Positions 1 to 8,592 of a DNA stretch of 64,000 nucleotides are shown piece by piece. The position numbers and the translations under genes were made by a program. Below the pieces are notes generated by a model that was given only the letters and a program-made list of their open reading frames with translations, made no database searches and had not been told where the DNA came from. Numbering within the stretch: the first letter of the stretch is position 1; each line of letters begins with the position of its first letter. The DNA is from Sediminibacterium sp. GTDB taxonomy: Bacteria > Bacteroidota > Bacteroidia > Chitinophagales > Chitinophagaceae. Location of the stretch: assembly GCF_019264485.1 (NCBI RefSeq), contig NZ_JAHVAA010000003.1, positions 2,355 to 66,354 of the forward strand. Reading direction: 5' to 3'.

Positions 1-1
1 A

Positions 2-343
2 ACTATTGATACCGATCGTATTGAAAGGGTGTTGGGCAACCTGGTTATGAATGCCATTAAATTCAGCCCTGAGCATTCACAGATTATAGTAATAACCAGA
101 AAAGAACCCAATTTTGCACTTATCACTGTAACCGATCATGGTATTGGAATACCACATGAAAAACAGGACAGTATTTTTGATTTATTTGGCCATGGAAAAA
201 GGAGTGGTACGGCAGGGGAAAAAGGATTTGGTATGGGACTGTCTATTTGTAAACAGATTGTGGAACAGCACAAGGGGAAAATAACCGTCGAAAGTGAAGA
301 AGGAGAAGGCACTGTTTTTTCTGTAAGACTGCCCTTGGTCTGA
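2..343 (+). CDS. sensor histidine kinase, C-terminal HATPase fragment (5' end outside window)
   Basis: Frame is open to the window edge. N-box 'VLGNLVMNAIKFS', G1 'TDHGIGIP' and G2 'GFGMGLSICK' are present. Confidence 0.85.
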   Translation, partial: TIDTDRIERVLGNLVMNAIKFSPEHSQIIVITRKEPNFALITVTDHGIGIPHEKQDSIFDLFGHGKRSGTAGEKGFGMGLSICKQIVEQHKGKITVESEEGEGTVFSVRLPLV

Positions 344-356
344 TATAACTTAACAA

Positions 357-1241
357 TCAAGCCACTTCTTCACCAGTAGAGGCAGCTAATAATTTAAACC
401 AGTCTTCTCTTTCCAGTAATATACCTGCTGCATTTTTAGCCTGTATAAGCCGTTCAATTTTAGTAGTACCAATAACGGGTAAAATACCCGAAGGATGGCG
501 GTGCAACCAGGCTAATAGAATTTCATTCACTCCGGTCTCATATTTTTCTGCCAATAAGGTAGCTGTACTTACTATACTTCTGAATCTTGGATGACTATCG
601 TCATTCAGTATTCCTCCGCCAAGCGGGGCCCATGCCATGGGCACAATCTGGTATTGCATACAATGATCGAGCATACCATTGGTAAAAGGGGGCAGGTGAA
701 GAATGGAAATCTCAAGCTGGTTATATTCTATTCTGGTATATTTCAGTAATGTTTCTACCTGGTGAGGATGGAAATTAGATACACCAAACTGCAGAATTTT
801 ACCCTGCTGCTTTAAAAGTTCAATCGCTCCGGCAACTTCTACCGGGTTCATTAATGGATCTGGGCGATGTATAAGTAGAAGATCCAGGTGATCGGTTCCA
901 AAATGTTCTAACGATTGTTCTACAGAACTGATGATATGCTGAGCAGATGTATTGTAAGATTTTACCTGGTGGGCGGGTCTGTTCTCTGTAAGCATCTGTA
1001 TACCACATTTACTGATGATGCGCAGATGAGCTCTTAACGAAGGAGCTTCTTTTAAGGCGGCACCAAATTCTGCTTCTGTGGTATAATCGCCATATATATC
1101 GGCATGGTCGAAAGCTGTGATACCATTTTCGAGACAGTCTTCAATCATTTGCCGGTATTCTGCTGTTGAAAAACCGGCACCCCATTTCCCCCAACGCATA
1201 CAACCTGCAACAGGGGCTTTTATAACAGATGCTGTATTCAT
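357..1241 (-). CDS. aldo/keto reductase family oxidoreductase (YdhF-like)
   Basis: 294 aa with 'AFDHADIYG', 'LDLLLIHRPD' and 'FGVSNF' AKR signatures. Confidence 0.85.
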   Translation of the reverse strand: MNTASVIKAPVAGCMRWGKWGAGFSTAEYRQMIEDCLENGITAFDHADIYGDYTTEAEFGAALKEAPSLRAHLRIISKCGIQMLTENRPAHQVKSYNTSAQHIISSVEQSLEHFGTDHLDLLLIHRPDPLMNPVEVAGAIELLKQQGKILQFGVSNFHPHQVETLLKYTRIEYNQLEISILHLPPFTNGMLDHCMQYQIVPMAWAPLGGGILNDDSHPRFRSIVSTATLLAEKYETGVNEILLAWLHRHPSGILPVIGTTKIERLIQAKNAAGILLEREDWFKLLAASTGEEVA

Positions 1242-1292
1242 TGCTCCAAATTAAAGAATTGGCAACAATTGACAATAGTAAGTTCAGCACAT

Positions 1293-1326
1293 AAAAAAAC
1301 CCCGACGAGTTAAACTGCCGGGGTTT
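1293..1326 (-). terminator. rho-independent terminator after the RRM protein gene
   Basis: Stem aaaccccg / cggggttt. On the minus strand it is followed by a T-run (A-run 1293..1299 on plus). Confidence 0.7.
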
Positions 1327-1349
1327 CAAGATTGTGTAGTTGTAGTAGA

Positions 1350-1748
1350 TTAATACCTGTTGTATCCACCACCACCGCCGTTACCACGATCGCGGTTGTA
1401 TCCGCCACCGCCGCCACCACGGTTTCCGCCACCACCACCAAATCCGCCACGGCCACCGCCGCCGCCGAAGCTCTTCTTTTTGAAGCCGCCTCTTTCACCT
1501 TCAGGGCGTGGGGTAGATTCGTTTACCACGATCTTACGACCCAACACTTCTGTGTCGTGCAGGGCGCTGATTGCGGTACGGGCTGCCTCATCATCAGACA
1601 TTTCAACGAAACCGAAACCTTTGCTGCGGTCGTTATTGAATTTGTCGGTAACAATTTTGGCGCTCGTTACTTCACCATAGGGAGTAAACAGGTTCTGCAG
1701 ATCGTCACTGGTCATGTTCCAGTTCAGATTTCCAACGTAAATGTTCAT
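1350..1748 (-). CDS. RRM-type RNA-binding protein with Gly/Arg-rich tail
   Basis: RNP2 'IYVGNL', RNP1 'KGFGFVEM', and C-terminal GGGGRGGFGGGGGNRGG...YNRY. ATG at 1748 is preferred over the upstream ORF-track start. Confidence 0.9.
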   Translation of the reverse strand: MNIYVGNLNWNMTSDDLQNLFTPYGEVTSAKIVTDKFNNDRSKGFGFVEMSDDEAARTAISALHDTEVLGRKIVVNESTPRPEGERGGFKKKSFGGGGGRGGFGGGGGNRGGGGGGYNRDRGNGGGGGYNRY

Positions 1749-1927
1749 GTTCTTTTTAAAAATTAAGTGATCAAAAACCAATGAGAAACCAGTAACCAAA
1801 AACCCTGAAACATTTACGTAAAAACGTTCTGAGATATGGAAGACCTTTCATTGGACTATCGAAGATAGGGAATTTGGGGGATTGACAAGTTTTTTTCACC
1901 CCGGGGATTTTTTAGGTCAAAAACAGT

Positions 1928-1990
1928 AAAAAATACCGATTTATCGGTATAAAAAACCCCGATTTCCACCATGAAATGGAAATCGGGGTT
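1928..1990 (-). terminator. two tandem hairpin terminators downstream of rplI
   Basis: Hairpins ccccgatttcca/tggaaatcgggg (1957..1988) and ataccgat/atcggtat (1933..1950). Each is followed by a T-run on the minus strand. Confidence 0.65.
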
Positions 1991-2012
1991 GGAAAAACTT
2001 GTTCCAGGACGA

Positions 2013-2459
2013 TTATTCGCCTACAACTTCAAAATCAATCTCAGTAACATGGCCGTTACCAAAATCTATGGAAGCTTTATAAGCACCCAGTTCCTTTACA
2101 TCATCCACAATACTGATACGCTTACGGTCGATCTCATAACCTTTCTGGTCACGGATAGCACGGGCGATCTGCAGAGAAGTAATGGTTCCGAATATTTTAC
2201 CACTCGTACCGGTTTTGGCACCCAGTTTTACAGGAGCTGCTTTCAACACATCGATCACTTTATTGATCTCAGCGAGCATAGCTGCTTCTTTCTTCGACTG
2301 TACTTTCAAACGCTCTTCCAGTTGTTTGAGGTTAGAAGGGTTTGCTTCTACAGCGAATTTCTGTGGGATCAGAAAATTCCTGGCATAACCGTTTTTAACG
2401 TTTACCAGTTCATGACGACCACCCAGGTTGTCTACGTCCTGAATTAAAATTACTTGCAT
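2013..2459 (-). CDS. rplI: 50S ribosomal protein L9
   Basis: 'MQVILIQDVDNLGGRHELVNVKNGYARNFLIPQKFA' is a typical L9 N-terminus. ATG at 2459. Confidence 0.95.
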   Translation of the reverse strand: MQVILIQDVDNLGGRHELVNVKNGYARNFLIPQKFAVEANPSNLKQLEERLKVQSKKEAAMLAEINKVIDVLKAAPVKLGAKTGTSGKIFGTITSLQIARAIRDQKGYEIDRKRISIVDDVKELGAYKASIDFGNGHVTEIDFEVVGE

Positions 2460-2556
2460 GATTGTTTGTTTAGTTCCCAAGAGCCCAGTCTTGCCTGAGG
2501 CCAGACTGTCTCCCGATCTTGCCGGGATTAGGGAAGGTGACTAATTAATGATAATT

Positions 2557-2608
2557 CAAAAACCAAAATTCAAAAGTCAGAAAATGTTTTTTGGCTTTTG
2601 AATTTTGA
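2557..2608 (-). terminator. strong hairpin (attenuator or terminator) between rpsR and rplI
   Basis: ccaaaattcaaaag (2563..2576) pairs with cttttgaattttga (2595..2608). It starts 4 nt after the rpsR stop, and a T-run follows on the minus strand. Confidence 0.55.
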
Positions 2609-2611
2609 TTT

Positions 2612-2875
2612 TTATTTCAAAAGATCTGTTACATATGGTAAAAGCCCCATCTGGCGAGCTTTTTTAACTGCATCAGATACTTTACGCTGGTATTTCAGCG
2701 AGTTCCCGCTCAAACGGCGTGGTAATAATTTACCCTGCTCATTGATGAATTTTTTCAGGAAATCGATGTCTTTGTAGTCAACGTATTTAATGCCATATTT
2801 TTTGAAGCGACAGAATTTTTTCTTTGGCTTCTCCTGTTTGATAGCGGTCAGGTATTTTATTTCATTCTTTGCCAT
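2612..2875 (-). CDS. rpsR: 30S ribosomal protein S18
   Basis: 87 aa with '[18 protein letters not shown]...[16 protein letters not shown]', the S18 signature. Confidence 0.95.
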   Translation of the reverse strand: MAKNEIKYLTAIKQEKPKKKFCRFKKYGIKYVDYKDIDFLKKFINEQGKLLPRRLSGNSLKYQRKVSDAVKKARQMGLLPYVTDLLK

Positions 2876-2877
2876 GA

Positions 2878-3231
2878 TTAACCCTCCGTTTTTTCAGTTA
2901 CAGCAAATCCGCCATTTCTTTTTCTGTAGTTATACTCGACGGCGTATTTATCGAGTTTGGTTACCATGTGACGCATTACCTGCTCGTCACGTAAAAGCTG
3001 GATCTTCAATTTTTCATTGAGATCGGTTGGTGCACTGTACTCCAGTATCCAGTAAATACCGGTTGTTTTTTTCTGGATTGGGTAAGCTAGTGATTTTAAA
3101 CCCCATGGGTTACTGAATACGGTAGACCCACCATTTTCTTTGATGAAGTCTTCGTACTTCTTCTGAGAAGCTTTGAAATCTTCCTCAGACAGTACCGGAG
3201 TGAAAATCACCATCAATTCGTAATTACTCAT
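2878..3231 (-). CDS. rpsF: 30S ribosomal protein S6
   Basis: '[18 protein letters not shown]...' from ATG 3231. The longer ORF-track extension reads through intergenic repeats. Confidence 0.9.
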   Translation of the reverse strand: MSNYELMVIFTPVLSEEDFKASQKKYEDFIKENGGSTVFSNPWGLKSLAYPIQKKTTGIYWILEYSAPTDLNEKLKIQLLRDEQVMRHMVTKLDKYAVEYNYRKRNGGFAVTEKTEG

Positions 3232-3365
3232 TACCTGAATTTTTAGGTTTTTAAATTGGTTTTTCCCAGTGGATTCCCCCAACAATGCTGTCGGGAGGAA
3301 ATCTGCCAATAACAGATTTGGGGCTGCAAAGGTAAGGCATTGGAGGGAAATAATGAAAGGAAAAG

Positions 3366-3403
3366 TCCGGGACCCCGGGACTCCGGGACTCCGGGACTCC
3401 GGG
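3366..3403. repeat. 8-bp tandem repeat (TCCGGGAC x about 4.75)
   Basis: tccgggac cccgggac tccgggac tccgggac tccggg, read directly. A degenerate CNGACTTY-like 8-mer series follows at about 3432..3462. Confidence 0.85.
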
Positions 3404-3461
3404 TTAATTTTGCTTTGCAAAGGTATAATCTTCGGACTTTCCGACTTCCGGTCTTCCAGAC

Positions 3462-4511
3462 TCATTGATAATCAGCTATATGTCTCAAAAAAACCATATA
3501 AACCGGAAAATGGTCGCTATAGCCACCCCTATACCGGTTTCCTTCCCAGGTACGCATAGGGTAGCCTTTAAACCTTCCGCTGTATTCGGCCAGGTAGGGA
3601 GGATTAAAAATATGATCCCTGAAAAAATGGAAACCAGCACTGGTTTTATCGAGCCAGCTCTGAGAAAGCATGACCTGATCAAATAAACCCCAGCGATCTT
3701 TATGAGCGAGGGTACCCACTCCTTTTTGCAACCAGCTACCCCAGGGATTGAATAAATCACCCGGTTTTAATTCTTCTTTTTTTGCTTTGGCCCTCAATCC
3801 CTCCCTGATGCTTTCGTCGCCGGGGTCATCATTCATATCGCCCATCACAATCAGTTTAGCTGCAGGATTTTTTGCCTGGATCGAATCAATATGTTTTCTG
3901 CATACGCCAGCCGCCGCCATACGAGCCGGATCACTTCTTTCCTGACCACCTCTTCTGCTCGGCCAGTGACTTACATATATATGTACCGTATCTGTATGCA
4001 GTAGACCTTTACAGTATAAAATGTCTCTTGTAAAATATCCATCTTTACTATTGCTCGGTAAAGCCACAAATAATTTCTGTGCTTCAATCGGAATAAAATA
4101 GGCAGGGTTATAAATCAAAGCAACATCAACACCTCTTGCATCTTTCGATGAAGCATGTACAATATGATAATTCCTTTTCTGCAATACCGGATGCTGAACA
4201 AGAAACTGAAGTACGGTATCGTTTTCAATTTCAGCTACACCTAATATGCTCAAACCATTGTCTGTATAAGTAGTACCTATTTCACTAATCACTTTAGCTA
4301 ATTTAGTTAGCTTGTCTTTAAAAATAGCAGTACCATATTTTTTCACACCAGTTGGGGTGAAATCATCATCATTGATCAATGGGTTGTCGATGGTGTCGTA
4401 CAAATTCTCAAGGTTGTAAAAACCAATCACCGCTACCTGATATCTCTTTACTTGTGACGAAGCGCTTAGAGAGAATTGTAGTACGCTCAGAATGAAGAGT
4501 AGTTTTTTCAT
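3462..4511 (-). CDS. secreted endonuclease/exonuclease/phosphatase (EEP) family protein, probable extracellular nuclease
   Basis: Signal peptide 'MKKLLFILSVLQFSLSASSQ'. EEP motifs 'GFYNLENLYD', 'SHWPSRRGG', 'IVMGDMNDDP' and 'GYSDHFPVYM'. Confidence 0.75.
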   Translation of the reverse strand: MKKLLFILSVLQFSLSASSQVKRYQVAVIGFYNLENLYDTIDNPLINDDDFTPTGVKKYGTAIFKDKLTKLAKVISEIGTTYTDNGLSILGVAEIENDTVLQFLVQHPVLQKRNYHIVHASSKDARGVDVALIYNPAYFIPIEAQKLFVALPSNSKDGYFTRDILYCKGLLHTDTVHIYVSHWPSRRGGQERSDPARMAAAGVCRKHIDSIQAKNPAAKLIVMGDMNDDPGDESIREGLRAKAKKEELKPGDLFNPWGSWLQKGVGTLAHKDRWGLFDQVMLSQSWLDKTSAGFHFFRDHIFNPPYLAEYSGRFKGYPMRTWEGNRYRGGYSDHFPVYMVFLRHIADYQ

Positions 4512-4621
4512 GATAAAAGTTGAGTATTTATTACGCTAAATACATTTTTTCATGACCGTATTTCCCGCAAAAATGATCACTGGTAGTACAATTTGTTTTT
4601 GCACTTTCTATTTTGGAAGAA

Positions 4622-7183
4622 ATGATTTGTATGATCCGGTTTATTTTTTTTGTAGCCCATTTAGCATTTTGTTTAGAAGTAGCCGCCTCTCCATGCAAAA
4701 CGGATACACTTCCATCGAAATACGATAGCAGTTTACTACAGCTTTTACTCAGTCAGGAATCGGTAGAAGCAGATGCTATATTGATGAATGAACAGGAAAG
4801 AGGTACAACATCGGCTATTGTATCGGCATTATATGGTGAGAAAGATGTATTCCTGCAAATGGCCTCATTTCAGTTCAGCGCTATGCGTTACAGGTATCGA
4901 GGGTATGATGCATCTCTTTCAGGAGCACTCATTAATGGTTTATGGTTTAACGATCTTCAACAGGGTAATCCCGCATGGTCATTATGGAATGGTCTTTCAC
5001 CAGTAATGAGAAGCAGTATTGATTTTGCGGCTCATCGTTTCCAGGATAACTGGTTGGGCGATGCAGGCATTACTACCAGTAACGATTTGCGGACACTTGC
5101 ACAACGAAAACAGTTGCAGTGGGGTTATGCAAGATCCAATCGCAGCTACACCAACAGGTATCATTTTTCTTATGCTACAGAAACCAATAAAAAAGGCTGG
5201 TCATGGGCAGCATCAGCAAATATTCGGATGGCTACAGAAGGCTACAGAACAGGATGCGAATACCAGTCAGGAGCCTACTATGCAGCCATCGATAAACAAC
5301 TCAGAAAAGCAGGCTTATTATCACTCATCATTTTTGGCTCCATCCAACAATATGGAAAACAGGCTGCGGTAACTGCACCGGTAACAGATTTATTGGGTAT
5401 CAGGTATAATCCCAATTGGGGCTACCAACAAGGCCGGAAACGAAATGCTGCATTAACGGCTCAGCACATGCCTGTTGCTATTCTTTCTTATGAATGGAAC
5501 CCTGATAACCAGTCGGCATGGATTACCAGTATTGGTGCGGTAATGGGAACAAGAACAGATACAGGATTAGATTGGTACCAGGCTGCAGATCCGCGACCGG
5601 ATTATTATCGCTACCTGCCGGCACACCAAACAGATAGTTTATTACGCAATCAGGTAACTGATATGTTGTTAGGGAATAAAGAGCTGCAACAGATTAACTG
5701 GCAACAACTATATGCCATCAATAGTAACTCTTTTGAACGGATTGATGATGTAAACGGCACAGGTGAATCCATATCAGGGAAAAGAGCACATTATTTATTG
5801 GAACAAAGAGTAATAAATACAAAAAGATGGTTGCTGAGTAGTCATTATCAGGCAAGATGGAAAAATAATATGAGCATAGCTGCAGGATTTCAATTCAGTT
5901 ACCAGCAAAATCATCAGTATAAAACAGTGTATGATTTATTGGGTGCAGATTTTCATGTTAACTGGAACCAGTTTGCAGAAAATGATTTTCCTGCAAATCA
6001 GCAGGCTCTTCAATTTGATATCGATCAACCCAATCGCATACTTCGTAAAGGCGACCGATATGGGTATGATTACCTCTCAACCGTTGTATTAACCAGCCTA
6101 TGGACACAAACAGAATATGTTACAAAGAAAATTGATTATCTACTTGGTTTTCGTTTTTCAAAAACGGAGTTTAACCGGAAAGGGTTGGTTCGTAACGGTC
6201 TTTTCCCACGACATTCAAAAGGAGCGTCGGTAGCCAGTCATTTTTTTGATCCTACGCTAAAAATAGGCCTTAGGTTCAAACTGCATGCAAAACATACGCT
6301 TGGTTTTTTAGTTCATACACAAACCAAAGCGCCTTTGTTTGACAATGTATATATCGCCCCGCGTATGCGTGATACCAGACAGGAACAAGTAATGAGTGAA
6401 ACAATATTTAGTGTTGAAATGATGTATCAGTTACTATTACACAAGTTAAAAGCCAGGATAAGTCTTTACCATACTATTTCGCGAAATGGTATGAATGTGC
6501 TTACGTTTTATCATGACGGGTATAGAAATTTTGTGAACTATGCCATTCGCAATATAAACCGCCAATACGCAGGTATTGAATCGGCCATTTCCTGGGAATT
6601 GAATGAACGATGGGAGCTGAGCCTGGCTTTTGCAAAAGGGTTACACAGCTACACGAGCAGACAGGCAGTAACGGTAAGCCTGGATAACAATGAGGCCTTG
6701 CTGGATAAAATGGAAGTGTATGCTAAAAATTTCAGAATAGGAGGTTCCCCACAACAAGTAGCTGGTACAGGTATACGCTACCGTACAGCAAAAAGTTTTT
6801 TTCTTCAGGTGAATACGAATTTTTTTAATGAGCAGTGGCTTGAGTTTAATCCTGTACGCAGAACTTATGAAGCACTCGAAGGCATTCAAAAAGGAAGCGA
6901 GCAATGGTATAAGATTATTAACCAGGAACGGCTGCCTTCCGCCATGCTCCTGAATGTGTTTATAGGAAAAGGTTTCTCTATCCGTAATGTGTATAACAAA
7001 AAACCACTAAGGTTTTTCTGTACAGCAGGTATCAATAACCTGCTGAATGAGCAACGCATAATTACAGGAGGCTATGAACAACTCCGTTTCGATCAGGAAA
7101 CAAAGGACCCGGACCGCTTCCCTCCCAAATTATTTTATGGATACGGGTTGAATTATGCCCTGTCTGTTTCACTTAGTTTTTAA
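4622..7183 (+). CDS. TonB-dependent-receptor-like outer membrane beta-barrel (atypical N-terminus)
   Basis: Signal peptide, plug-like 'YRYRGYDASLSGALINGL', a long beta-rich body, and a C-terminal aromatic 'SVSLSF'. The start is uncertain (ATG 4622 or 4631). Confidence 0.6.
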   Translation: MICMIRFIFFVAHLAFCLEVAASPCKTDTLPSKYDSSLLQLLLSQESVEADAILMNEQERGTTSAIVSALYGEKDVFLQMASFQFSAMRYRYRGYDASLSGALINGLWFNDLQQGNPAWSLWNGLSPVMRSSIDFAAHRFQDNWLGDAGITTSNDLRTLAQRKQLQWGYARSNRSYTNRYHFSYATETNKKGWSWAASANIRMATEGYRTGCEYQSGAYYAAIDKQLRKAGLLSLIIFGSIQQYGKQAAVTAPVTDLLGIRYNPNWGYQQGRKRNAALTAQHMPVAILSYEWNPDNQSAWITSIGAVMGTRTDTGLDWYQAADPRPDYYRYLPAHQTDSLLRNQVTDMLLGNKELQQINWQQLYAINSNSFERIDDVNGTGESISGKRAHYLLEQRVINTKRWLLSSHYQARWKNNMSIAAGFQFSYQQNHQYKTVYDLLGADFHVNWNQFAENDFPANQQALQFDIDQPNRILRKGDRYGYDYLSTVVLTSLWTQTEYVTKKIDYLLGFRFSKTEFNRKGLVRNGLFPRHSKGASVASHFFDPTLKIGLRFKLHAKHTLGFLVHTQTKAPLFDNVYIAPRMRDTRQEQVMSETIFSVEMMYQLLLHKLKARISLYHTISRNGMNVLTFYHDGYRNFVNYAIRNINRQYAGIESAISWELNERWELSLAFAKGLHSYTSRQAVTVSLDNNEALLDKMEVYAKNFRIGGSPQQVAGTGIRYRTAKSFFLQVNTNFFNEQWLEFNPVRRTYEALEGIQKGSEQWYKIINQERLPSAMLLNVFIGKGFSIRNVYNKKPLRFFCTAGINNLLNEQRIITGGYEQLRFDQETKDPDRFPPKLFYGYGLNYALSVSLSF

Positions 7184-7193
7184 ATAATTAACT

Positions 7194-8537
7194 ATGAAAA
7201 TAAGAAACTGTTTTTATCTGCTGCTCTCTGTGCCCCTGTTAACAGGTATAACCAATTGTCATAAGCCATTTGATGAACCGCCTGCATATCATGGACCGAT
7301 GATCAGTTCAAATACAAGTATTGCAGAACTAAAGCGGCTACACCTGCTTAATAATTTTGAAAAAATAATGGATGACCTGGTGATTGAAGGAATCGTAATA
7401 GCCAACGACCAGACCGATAATTTTTATAAGTCGATTGTTGTACAGGATAGTACGGGAGGCATCACTATCCGGTTAGATGGTTATTCTCTTTTTAATGTGT
7501 ACCCGGTTGGTAGAAAAATATTTGTGAGACTGAAAGGTTTATGGATGGGCGATTATGCAGGTATGATTCAATTGGGTGCTGGTGTTGATCGTTCTGATCC
7601 ATTATCACCACAATTGTCTTCCATACCACAGCCATTATTCGACAGGGTACTAATTAAAGGACCAATGCAACAAAAACTGGTCCCCAAAAAACTTGCTATA
7701 AGTGAATTGGCCGATAGTCTGCAAAGTACACTGATTACATTAATCAATGTAGAGTTTGCCAGTTCCGATACGGGAAAACCTTATGCAGACGCGATTAATA
7801 AACAGGCAGTGAGTCATACAATGAGAACCTGTGGCATTGGTACTGTATATGTACGAACAGGAGGTTTTGCTCGTTTTGCATCTGCATTAACAGCAAGAGG
7901 AAATGGTGAAATAACGGGCGTGTATAGTATTTTCAGAACACAGAAACAATTATTGCTCAGAGATACCAATGATGTAAAACTGGATGGGTTAAGGTGCACA
8001 CAAACCGGTCCTAAGCAAATGTTTGCAGAAGATTTTACAGGTCAGCAAACAGATAGCAGCATACACTTAACTGATTGGAAAAATATTCCTGAAACCGGCG
8101 ATCGTTATTTCCTCGCGAAAACTTCGGCAGGAAATACTTATGCAGAAATCAGTGCGTTTGCTACAAAAGAACAGTCGGTCATCAGCTGGCTCATTCTGCC
8201 TCGTATTGATCTTGAGTACTCTTCAAATGAATTACTGCGTTTTCAAACAAGGGACGGATTTGATAATGGAGCGGTATTGCAGGTATTGTATTCCACCAAT
8301 TACGACGGAGGAGCTTCGCCATGGAAGGCAAAATGGAACAAGCTGGATGCAGTTATTGCAAAAGGCGCTGTTTCAGGATATGCAAAAGATTGGGTTGCTT
8401 CGGGAGACGTGAGCTTGCATGCACTCAAAGGAAAAGTATATATCGCATTTCGTTACGAAGGAAATGACCCGCCTGCACAAGTGGCCAAACTCACTACCAC
8501 TTTCAGAATTGATAATATTCAGGTATTGGGGAATTAA
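7194..8537 (+). CDS. lipoprotein with an OB-fold-like (DUF5689-like) N-domain and a choice-of-anchor-J-like C-domain
   Basis: Signal peptide ends in Cys ('LLTGITNC'). OB-like 'VIEGIVIANDQTDNFYKSIVVQDSTGGITIRL...KIFVRLKGLWMG'. The C-terminal module is paralogous to a module in the giant protein. The gene starts 10 nt after the barrel gene. Confidence 0.55.
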   Translation: MKIRNCFYLLLSVPLLTGITNCHKPFDEPPAYHGPMISSNTSIAELKRLHLLNNFEKIMDDLVIEGIVIANDQTDNFYKSIVVQDSTGGITIRLDGYSLFNVYPVGRKIFVRLKGLWMGDYAGMIQLGAGVDRSDPLSPQLSSIPQPLFDRVLIKGPMQQKLVPKKLAISELADSLQSTLITLINVEFASSDTGKPYADAINKQAVSHTMRTCGIGTVYVRTGGFARFASALTARGNGEITGVYSIFRTQKQLLLRDTNDVKLDGLRCTQTGPKQMFAEDFTGQQTDSSIHLTDWKNIPETGDRYFLAKTSAGNTYAEISAFATKEQSVISWLILPRIDLEYSSNELLRFQTRDGFDNGAVLQVLYSTNYDGGASPWKAKWNKLDAVIAKGAVSGYAKDWVASGDVSLHALKGKVYIAFRYEGNDPPAQVAKLTTTFRIDNIQVLGN

Positions 8538-8540
8538 ATA

Positions 8541-8570
8541 AAAACGCCCCGGTAAAACGGGGCGTTTTTA
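8541..8570. terminator. bidirectional terminator between convergent genes
   Basis: acgccccg / cggggcgt stem flanked by an A-run and a T-run. Confidence 0.8.
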
Positions 8571-8592
8571 TTTAATTATAAATGGAGAACCA

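Noticed and set aside
1332-1766. Plus-strand ORFs (1332..1766 and the proline-rich 1360..1680, 'PPPPPLPRSRLYPPPPPPRFPPPPP').
   Set aside because: They are antisense to the RRM protein gene. The poly-Pro run is simply the complement of the GGN codons of the glycine-rich tail. The minus-strand product has clear RNP1/RNP2 motifs.
2878-3465. Long 195-aa version of the rpsF ORF.
   Set aside because: The first 78 codons read through the intergenic 8-mer repeats ('SRSPGVPGSRT'). The canonical S6 N-terminus '[10 protein letters not shown]' starts at ATG 3231.
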